IMG/VR virus record: IMGVR_UViG_3300032073_000094
Location: 1-35,520 of that record
Length of the DNA: 35,520 nt
From: a virus
Lineage: Duplodnaviria; Caudoviricetes
Strand: one strand, 5' to 3'
Part shown: piece after piece, positions 17,070-25,900 of the stretch
How the letters are laid out: each line of letters starts with the position of its first letter
How positions within the stretch are numbered: the first letter of the stretch is position 1
The notes under the pieces: model-generated
The model's database searches: none
The model's input: the letters and a program-made list of their open reading frames with translations, nothing else
What the model was told of the DNA's origin: nothing
Program-made: the position numbers and the translations under genes

Positions 17070-18163
17070 TATCCTCGTTGTAGTTTGTATTTCGGTTTTT
17101 CAGATGCCACATAGTGGTCAACTAAGATTTGCACAGTGTTGCCCATCATTTCTGCGACAACATGCAATGGCACATCAGCCTCTAATAACTGACATGCCCA
17201 CTCTTTACGCAATTGATATGCAGTAAATCCAAATTGTTTCAAATGTGAATTGATCTTTTTAGTGAATCCATATTCTCGGTCATAATCTGTGCCAGGAAGA
17301 ACAAACTCACCATCAGGATTTAGATTCAATAAAAACTGACGATCAGCCTCACTGAACCCATCAGGATATGGTATCTCTCGTTCTACTTCATTCTTCTTGG
17401 GCACAATACGATCATTCACAATGCAGTGAGGCAGTAGGTTGATTCGTTTAGCATGAGCCACCTCAATGTTTCTCTGAGCACTGATTCGCATCAATTCATA
17501 AAACCCAAACATGATTGGATCTTCATGCTTAACAACCTCACGGAAATACTTGTCTGCTCTAAAATGTCTATCATCTTGTGGTCGTTTGTATTTGGTGGCT
17601 TTGAAGCGAAGAACTTTGAGATCAGTAAAATTAAATGAGTCAGCAATGTTGTAATATTTCATCATGCTACGCTTGAACAATCCATACTTAGCTTGGCGCA
17701 ATGACACATTGAGTTTCTTCTTTATTGTGAGTTTCTGCTCAGGAGTTTTGCCTCGATTAATCTCAGCCTCCATCCACCTCTCGCACAGATCTTTTGTGCA
17801 CTCATGTGGGTGGTGGGACTCAGTATGTCCTATGCCTCGTAGGAATCTTCTCATGGCAGTTTTAGCACTACTAACCTGCTTCTCACCATTGTCTGAATGA
17901 GTGTCTAGCAAATGGAATATTTGAGACCAAGTGTGCAACTGCTGAGGTAGAACAAGCTTAGGCAAGTCAATCTGAGGACTATTGAATCTTTTAATCTCCT
18001 CAATGATGTCCTCGGCAGCATCATACTTGTTATCCGCTTTAGACTTGATGAACTTGTCAATCTTCCTGGCTCTGTGCCTCAAGCGATATGACCACCAACC
18101 CCGCTTAGTCTTCTCAAGCTTCTTTTGAATGGCACGATTGCCGTGGATTGGTATTTGAATCAT
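17069..18163 (-). CDS. int: Tyrosine recombinase / integrase
   Basis: Catalytic series SAQR-NIEV, PKK, AYQLRKEWA, MMGNT, DHY; adjacent to attP. Start placed at 18163 because ATG 18199 lies inside the predicted -10 box. Confidence 0.85.
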   Translation of the reverse strand: MIQIPIHGNRAIQKKLEKTKRGWWSYRLRHRARKIDKFIKSKADNKYDAAEDIIEEIKRFNSPQIDLPKLVLPQQLHTWSQIFHLLDTHSDNGEKQVSSAKTAMRRFLRGIGHTESHHPHECTKDLCERWMEAEINRGKTPEQKLTIKKKLNVSLRQAKYGLFKRSMMKYYNIADSFNFTDLKVLRFKATKYKRPQDDRHFRADKYFREVVKHEDPIMFGFYELMRISAQRNIEVAHAKRINLLPHCIVNDRIVPKKNEVEREIPYPDGFSEADRQFLLNLNPDGEFVLPGTDYDREYGFTKKINSHLKQFGFTAYQLRKEWACQLLEADVPLHVVAEMMGNTVQILVDHYVASEKPKYKLQRG

Positions 18164-18194
18164 TTTAGCTTTCTTGGTTTCTCGAACTGGGGTG

Positions 18195-18222
18195 ACCATA
18201 CACCTGTGTGTACATCTGTCAA
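18195..18222 (-). promoter_or_regulatory. Sigma70-type early/integrase promoter
   Basis: TTGACA (18222-18217), 16-bp spacer, TATGGT (18200-18195); overlapped by a CTGTGT/ACACAG inverted repeat. Confidence 0.6.
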
Positions 18223-18257
18223 CACAGTTTATGTAAAATATTTATTTTTTCTCAGTT

Positions 18258-18535
18258 TGAAACTCCCCGCAAACTCACCACACAAATGAGACACCATGTG
18301 ACACTCTATGTCACTCAGTGGCACTGTAAACTGGTAATCAGTTAGGACCATTAAATCCGTTTTATTGTTGGTACATTGAGGAAAGAAGAAGATTTCTTAG
18401 AAGAAAGAGTGGTGGCTGGACCCGGAATCGAACCGGGGACACACGGATTTTCAATCCTAAGCCATTTATCTTTTTTTCTAGGAAAAAGACTTATTCACCA
18501 TTCAATTGCTGAAACTCACCACAAACTCACCACAC
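18258..18535. mobile_element. attP region with arm-type repeats and 10-bp-period repeats
   Basis: TGAAACTC(C/A)CC(G/A)CAAACTCACCACAC at 18258-18283 and 18510-18535 (24/26 identical) flank the tRNA core; GAGACAC, GTGACAC, ATGTCAC, GTGGCAC at 18288, 18298, 18308, 18318. Confidence 0.8.
18410..18457 (-). other. attP core: 3' half of tRNA-Phe(GAA)
   Basis: Minus strand GGATTGAAAATCCGTGTGTCCCCGGTTCGATTCCGGGTCCAGCCACCA contains anticodon loop GAA, T-arm, acceptor strand and CCA; no D-arm or 5' acceptor strand upstream. Confidence 0.9.
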
Positions 18536-18545
18536 TTTAACCAAA

Positions 18546-18950
18546 TCATTTCAACAGATGCCATGCGTCTCTGTATTTCTCATAGTTAGCATTAGCGCGG
18601 GAGGTTAACCCGTCTGGATAGAATGTTAGGTTCTTGGTCTGCGCTGCATCAGCAGGCAAGACGTAGGTAGCATGGTGGTGGTGTAGGTAGCAAATCAAAT
18701 AATCGTACAATTTAGGATCAGAAGCGCATTTGACATCTTGCCCACTCGCATTTGTCCTAGGAACGAATTTGGTTTTGATTTGTACTCGGCTGAGTTTGCC
18801 ACCCCAGGAGCAAATAAAATCTACCCCGGCAGTGGCTTTGTTTGCCGCCCAGAAGATTTCAAAGCCAAGCTCAACTAGCCTTGCGGCTACCAGTAGCTCG
18901 CCCACTGCGCCCACTCTTGATTTTTGCCATCGATCCGTAGATGTAGGCAT
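18546..18950 (-). CDS. PD-(D/E)XK endonuclease (intron-associated/homing-like family)
   Basis: GAVGELLVAARL...GFEIF, VDFI, RVQIKT, YDYLI motifs. Confidence 0.75.
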   Translation of the reverse strand: MPTSTDRWQKSRVGAVGELLVAARLVELGFEIFWAANKATAGVDFICSWGGKLSRVQIKTKFVPRTNASGQDVKCASDPKLYDYLICYLHHHHATYVLPADAAQTKNLTFYPDGLTSRANANYEKYRDAWHLLK

Positions 18951-19020
18951 TGGCCCGATCCCCCGTCAATCCGCGTTTCTTCGCGGAGCTTTTCAATTTA
19001 TTGTGTATCTTCTTCGGCAT
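18871..19020 (-). CDS. Small basic protein (49 aa)
   Basis: MPKKIHNKLKSSAKKRGLTGDRANAYIYGSMAKIK...; K/R-rich, possibly nucleic-acid binding. Confidence 0.55.
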   Translation of the reverse strand: MPKKIHNKLKSSAKKRGLTGDRANAYIYGSMAKIKSGRSGRATGSRKAS

Positions 19021-19801
19021 CGTTATTAGGTTCAAAATTATGTGCCAACCAATCACTGAACGTCTCATCCATATCTGGATAATGAACTGAGACCCACAAT
19101 TGTAACGGGGTTCTCTTTACACCAGCAAATCTAAAATAGGTGTCTGCCATATCCTCCATCATTTTAAGCTCCTCCCCGGATGGTAGAATAATATTTGCAA
19201 AACCTGTACCTCTCTCGTTTTTGATCAATGAGGTTAACTCGATGTCAGAAAAAGCCTCAATCTGTTCCTCAACCTGATCTAATTGCTCTAAAGCTTCATC
19301 ATTAGTCTGCACTTTTTGCGGATTGGCTAATGCTGCCTCTAGTCTTGCGTCTACGGCATTTGAGTCTTTCTGCGCTATAATGTCCTTCTTGACCTGCTGT
19401 TTGTTGATCCTGCTGTCAACTGGGGCCAAGTTTTTTTCCAAATTATTCATGGAAAGTATATTTTCCAATTTAGACAGTTGATCAACTAAAACTGAATCTA
19501 AAACACTCTCATCCAACTTTTTTAGTTCAGCCTTAGTGTATTTGTCTTGAACATTGTCTTTAATTTTTCCAAAGAGTCCAACAGCAGCAGTTAGGTTAGG
19601 AAACATCCTGCTAATAAAATCATCACGCTTAGGTGCTGGGACTGAATAGTCTGCATCATATTCATCGATGCTTTCAGCCAGAGGTGCTTTGAACCTGTCA
19701 CTATCAGTATATCGTTTTACTGTCGTGACTTCTTCAACCACTGGCGCAGATTTCTTCTGCGACATTTCCATGAGTCTCTGACCAAGTTTCTTTCTGCTCA
19801 T
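18998..19801 (-). CDS. Hypothetical protein; C-terminal about 55 aa resembles the upstream small protein
   Basis: 267 aa; ATGA overlap with upstream gene; C-terminal G...T.L..W....YP......SD..A pattern. Confidence 0.75.
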   Translation of the reverse strand: MSRKKLGQRLMEMSQKKSAPVVEEVTTVKRYTDSDRFKAPLAESIDEYDADYSVPAPKRDDFISRMFPNLTAAVGLFGKIKDNVQDKYTKAELKKLDESVLDSVLVDQLSKLENILSMNNLEKNLAPVDSRINKQQVKKDIIAQKDSNAVDARLEAALANPQKVQTNDEALEQLDQVEEQIEAFSDIELTSLIKNERGTGFANIILPSGEELKMMEDMADTYFRFAGVKRTPLQLWVSVHYPDMDETFSDWLAHNFEPNNDAEEDTQ

Positions 19802-19974
19802 TTTAGAATCTTTTTAATTTGGTGCATCTTCACCAACTCAACAGGAATGTCCTCAATCTCGTCTGCGGCTAAATCAGATAGTTTTTTATTTTCGCCTGGG
19901 TAAGCTAATCTTAGCCAATTTTCGAGTGTAACTTCCTCGCCAAACTCTTTTAGTTTTTTACTTATCGGGTCCAT
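19798..19974 (-). CDS. Small protein overlapping the end of the giant gene; candidate immunity/partner protein
   Basis: MDPISKKLKEFGEEVTLENWLRLAYPGENKKLSDLAADEIEDIP...; start overlaps the giant gene by 17 nt. Confidence 0.65.
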   Translation of the reverse strand: MDPISKKLKEFGEEVTLENWLRLAYPGENKKLSDLAADEIEDIPVELVKMHQIKKILK

Positions 19975-22900
19975 ACCAAGTGGGATTTCTAATGCCACCA
20001 AATGCATCACTTATCTTGTTTCTTGTTTCCTCAAGAGACAACTTGCCATTATTGTAATCGTTCCAAATACCATCAGCAATTTTTATGTTCTTTTTGTTTT
20101 TCATTCTTTGAGGAAACAAACCTCTAACTGCTTCCCAGGTAATTGACTGCATTTCACGAGGAAGAACTCCTCGTTGTTTTGCTGCTTTACGGTAAGCATC
20201 TGCATAAATTCCGTAAGTTCCTTTGCCTCCTGTGATTGTGCTATTAGGCACACCTGATCCAAAGTTATGACTAACCTCAGTGCTTTTAGCAGATAGAGGT
20301 TTAAGTAATGCTGCTGCAACTGCATGAGTGTCAATAGTTACATCTTCTTTAGCTAACTTAGGTAAAAGTATATTGTTGTTAAAATTTCTAACTTTATGCT
20401 GAACTCCTAATTGATCTGATATATTCTTTTTAGTTGGGTTTTCTAAAATACTAATAGCTTTCATATATGATGTAGAAGATGGGTGTATAATTCTTCCAAG
20501 AGAACCATCATTATTAACTTTAGAATCCATCATGCGACCTTCTGGGCTAACAACTGGAAACGATTGAGGTCTGTATGTTTGATCATACAAGCGCATAAAA
20601 TATGCTTTTTCTACGACATCAAGATCATTGAATTTTTTACCATTCATCGTCTTAATGATTTTCATAATAAGCGGGTCTTTAGAAAATTGATCTATTTCTT
20701 TAGCTTTAGTTATCATCTCCTGATTGACAGGAAAATTTTGTTTGTTTTTATATCCATCAATAACCCGTTCGGCTAATGATACATTCATGAACCAATCTTT
20801 CTGTGGTGACAATACTGCAATCACTCCAGCCGATTCCGCATTAGTTAAACCGTATTTTTTTGCCCAGTCATTAGTAATTTTTCGCGCCCCATCATACCAT
20901 AATTTGCTACGTTTTCTAATATTCTCAGGAACTTTGTCATATAACCAAAGCAAGTTAGAAACTGACATGTCTTGCAATTCTTTATTTACGGAAGACAAAT
21001 CACGTTTTTTTGTTCTAATGTGAGGATATTTAGCTATTGTTGAAGCCAATACATCTTGCTTTTCTTTTGGTAACAAAAATATCGCATTGTTATCTATTAA
21101 CAAAACAGATGCTAATGGATCTTCTGTAGCAGCAACGCCAGTTGGTAGTCTAGTGCTTACTCGGTTTTTTCTGTCAGCACGTTCTGCTGGCATAAACCTA
21201 ACCTGACCCCCCATGACTCCATCCTCACCTCGCATTTGCGGTGTGATGTCTATGGCTTTGAAAGAATTTAATTCTCCGCTTGTGCTTTCTCCATCAATTG
21301 CATCACTTTCAAAAGAACCGCTCATCGCGTCTTCTTCAAATTGATTTGTACGAATCCCCACATCCTCGACTTTAGCACCAAACTTCTTGCCGTATTTTCT
21401 GAGGAATTGCGGGATCATTTTGTCGTACAAATTGAATGCCCAATCGCCCCCAACTTCGAGGTCTAGTCCTCGTAAAAATTTTGTTTGTGGTTTCTCGCCA
21501 AAATCAGTCCAAGCATCTCTTTCTTCTCTTGATAAAAACGCCCAATCTGATTTTGCTGAACCTGGCAAGTTGATTGAATCAGGATCAGCTTGCTGTCCTT
21601 CGTTTTTTTTCATTTTTTCAGCAATGTCTTTACCCACAAAGTTAGCTAACCTCGATTCTGGTACCGTCTTACTAATCACCTGATCACCATCTTTTCCAAC
21701 CTCAATACGATAACTGCCGTCAGGAGTTTTTCTATAAGCTAAGAAGTCTGCTTGATTGCTTAACTTGTACCGAGCAGATGTCTGTTTTCCATCGATAAAC
21801 GCCAACTTGTCATATCCGTTTTCAGCGGCATAGCGCAGCATTCTCTTGGTTGCTAACTCATGCCATGATGATTTGAATGGTGCGTCTGGGACTTCTTCTC
21901 CGTACCCACTCTTCCGTCCTGCTGAGTGCCAATCAGATTGAAGTTCTTCAACGAATAAAATCTTCTCACCATTCGGCCCGATGCGGTCGTTGAATCGTAC
22001 ATGAGCTAAGATGTTGGGTTCATCGAAATGAGATGATTGGAAATTTTTGTTTCTGTTAAATCTTACTAGTCCTTCATCTACATAAAATTTAGAAAGCTTG
22101 TTTTCAATTTCTGACAGACTGTCTGTGACATAATCAACATTGTCATACATTTTTTCATCAGAATGTAACTCCCGATTATTTGATAAAAAATCACCATCTT
22201 TTTTGACTCCTATTTCCCCCCCAATTTTGTACCGAAGAACATGATCTAAATTGTCATATCCTTCATATTCTGCGCTATCTTTAACTGAAATTTTTTCAGG
22301 TGCACCCAAAACATCTCTTGGGTTTTCTTTTATTTTCGGCAACCTCAACAGCATCTCTTTATAGCTACCATCTTCTGAGCCAGGTAGTTGGTATTCTTCG
22401 TATTGGGTTGGGGAAGTTTCTTTGTTGGGATCAATTGGAGTATAACGATCACCACTAAACATAGTCTCTTCCAACTGAATATCGTTCTCTCGGATGAAGT
22501 CTACAAGCTCGTCCTTAGTAACTTGCTTCTTACCTCGTAAATAATCCTCCAAGCCTAGCCATTGAAGTTCTTCTTGCTTCACGCCTGGTTGCTTCTTGAT
22601 CGTCGCTAACATCTGATCGCCCGATCCTTGATTTGGGATCTTGTCTCCCATGGCTACCTGCTCTACTCGACTGAAGAAACCTAAATCATCTTGCACCGGG
22701 CGAGGTTCTGCTGTTCTAAAGATTTGGTTTCTAAATTCTTTATTCCCCGGCATATACCTAGCCTTAGCTTTGTGGTAATTGACAGGATAACTTTGGCCCA
22801 TGCCACGAGCAACTTCTCTCATCCTGTCAAACCTGAGACTAATAAAGAGCTTAGAATCTTGTTTTGATCTGTTCCAATCTCTTACACTAGGATCATCTGG

Positions 22901-25900
22901 TTTTACTCCTAAGAATGAATATAATTTTTCTTTCTTCATTCCATCAGGAAATTTAACTGTTGTATCGTTCAAGTAATGAGTATCTAACAGTTTCATCATA
23001 TCTGTGCGGAACTCATCCACATTCACTCTACCGTCTGAATCAGCCCAGTCTGACCAAAACTTTCTTTTTCCCGTTTGACCTAACCACCTGTTTATCTTGT
23101 TTTCAAAATAGCCAATGTTAAAAACTTTAGCATTAAAATTTCCTGCCCCACTGATCTCCATGCCAAATGGTGTGAACAGTTGCACCTTCATCCGTGCTTT
23201 TGAGTCATAACCTCTACCAGAAATAGCTTTCCAATAGTCTGCCAAGAATGGTGCCCCGGTGCCTTCTTTGATGGCATCATTCATCATCTTGATAGTGGCT
23301 TTTAGGTCAGGATGAACAACATCATCATCAGCACCCATAATTGCATCCATCTGTCGGTCATCAAAATATGAGCCTCTAAAATTTGTTTTACCTGTCTTCT
23401 CGTTAGTCTTAGCTTTTACAGTAGGAGTGTCAGGTACATCATCGTTAACGTCATCAGTAACATCTTTAAGCGCAGCAACTAACATCTCAACACGCTTCTT
23501 CTCCATGCGTGTTCTTTCTGCTGGTGTTGTAAATGCAGGTTTCTGTCCAGGTTGCCATTTGCCACCAGTTGAGTTTAAAACATTTCCGTCTTTATCAGTC
23601 TTCAGCCAACCACTCCTAGCCCAGCGTTTTACTTCTGTCTCTGGGATCTTTGGTGTGCCGTCTGGGTTTTTCTTTAGTAAATCTTTTGCGTTAACCGTTA
23701 CTTCTGATCCACCCGTGTCGCTTGTTTCAGAAACTCGATCTATTAGCTTATCTTTCTCAGTGATGTATTGTGCAAGAAGATGTTCAATCTCAGGTGACAT
23801 TAACACTTCTTTACCTGCTAGTTTCTGCTTTGCTTCAAGACCAGAAAGTTCTTTTTCAAGTAGTCTTAGAGTAGGTTCATCAGCTTCAGGTTTGGCACGT
23901 TCATCTTTTATCTTATTCTTAACATCAGAAATGCTTTTGCTTTGATCAGGATATTTAAACAACGCACTAGTGGCAGTCATTTCTCCCCGTGGGTTTCCTG
24001 CTAAATCAAATTCTACACCACTAGCCTCAAGCGTTTTCTTTAACCTGCCAAGCACGTTAAACTTCAACTTGTCGATGTTCATCCCAAGAAATTTATCTTT
24101 AAAATAATCTTTCTTGAGAGTGATGTTTCTAGCTTTGCGAATAATACCGTGTCTGGCTGATTCACCAAACATAGCAAAATAATCAGACATCAACTCTCGT
24201 GCCATGTAGTCACGTTTTGATGCATCAGGTAACGCATTGAATGCGTCCAGTTCTTTCTTGTTTGACTCCTGATCTTCTAAAAGCTTGTTCAGTTCATCCT
24301 GTTTTTTTGCCAACTCAGCAGTGCTTTCAGGTTTAACTTTTTTGATCTCTGCTTTCTTTGAAATTATTTCACTGGTTAGATCTGGGTATAACTGACCATT
24401 ATATTGATCAGCAAAACTTAACATGTCTGACTGTGAGTAAAGACCTGGCTTCATCATTCCACCATCTGGCGCATAAGTACCAAAGATCGTTTGTGCTAGG
24501 TCAGTTTGAATATCTTGTAATGGATCAGATTCAAATGACTCCCCAGATTCTTCATCTAATTTTTTCTTTAACGAACTCCATTTTTCGCTGGGGTGAAACA
24601 CTTCATGAAATAACGTAAAACTAGGAGTCTCTGCATCAGTGTTAATGTAAATCGTGTTACTGTCTGAATCATAGAATCCAGCCACACCGTCTCTAGCAAT
24701 ACCACCAGTCTTTGCTTGGATCTCCTGAGTGTCTCCAATAAAAAAATTAGTATCTTTACCCGTATCTCTTCTAGCACCCATGAGCCAATCAACTGCTTCA
24801 GCCTGAGAAGCTAAATCATCAACTGATAAGTTTCTGTTTGGATCTACAAATCTGGCTCTCTGTTGCTCTGGTAAACCAGAGAGAAATCTTTTGACAACTG
24901 CCTCAGATGCCATTTGATGCATTGGAGTCTCTTTGAGGCGTAACCTCATCCCCGCATCAGGTACACCACCTCGACTGATTTCAACTCTTGCTAACTGATT
25001 AAATGCTTTAGCTGAGAGTAAACCAGCAGGAGCTGCAATTGTGCCTAAACCCATTCCAGCTATCCATCCTGGGTTAGTTGGGTCATACGGCATCATAGCA
25101 CCCAAACCTGCACCTATTCCTGCGCCAATAGTGACCGTGTCAGCCATTTGTCCTGCGCCAGAGAGTAGTTTGTTTGCTACTCTATTATCGACTGTTACAA
25201 ACAGTTTTGCTACGTCTTCACGCATTGGCCTAATCTTGGCAACTGTGCCTAGACCACTAGTTCTGATTGAGTTGATTTTTGCAGCTTGTGCAGCACCTCC
25301 AATGCGTTGTGCGCCTTTTTCAATAACTTCACCAAGCCCAATAAATTTTCCTGACTCTAACGCAAACCTACCACCAAATGCCCCACCAAGTGCACCTACA
25401 ATCTCTTGTCCTTCTGGGGCAGAATACGCACCTGCACCTGCACCAATTCCATATTGAAGAGTCTTTGCTAACTTTGGATTTTTAGCCCCAAAGATTGCTG
25501 CTTTAGTAGCTGCTTTTTGAACACCACGACCAACTTTTTCTACTCCAGAACCAATACCACTAACACTAGTAGTAATTGGCTTTGCTAGAAATTCTCCAAG
25601 TTGTTTTGCTGCTTTAGAACCTGCTGCGGCGCCAGCAGTTTTAATCATCTTCTTAGCGTATTGATTAGTAATTTTAGGTGCTTTTCTTGCTACTGCTGCA
25701 CCAACTTTCACCAAACCTCCTCCAACTAAATAAGTGGGGTCAAATATCAAACTGAGTGAATCTGCTACCTCTGGATCAATCCCATCATCATAAACCTCGG
25801 CCAACTCATCAGCACCAAAATATCTGGCAACATCGCCTAGTCGTGATTTTCTCAGTTCAAGTTGCCTGAAAATCTCATTTCCAAATTCTTTATATGCCGC

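Noticed and set aside
18410-18490. A complete phage tRNA-Phe gene
   Set aside because: No D-arm or 5' acceptor strand (GGCTGGA) upstream and the anticodon stem is incomplete; it is an attP core.
8077-18535. CRISPR or mini-array interpretation of the short repeats
   Set aside because: Only two copies each of the 23-26 bp repeats, no spacer-sized regular gaps and no cas genes.
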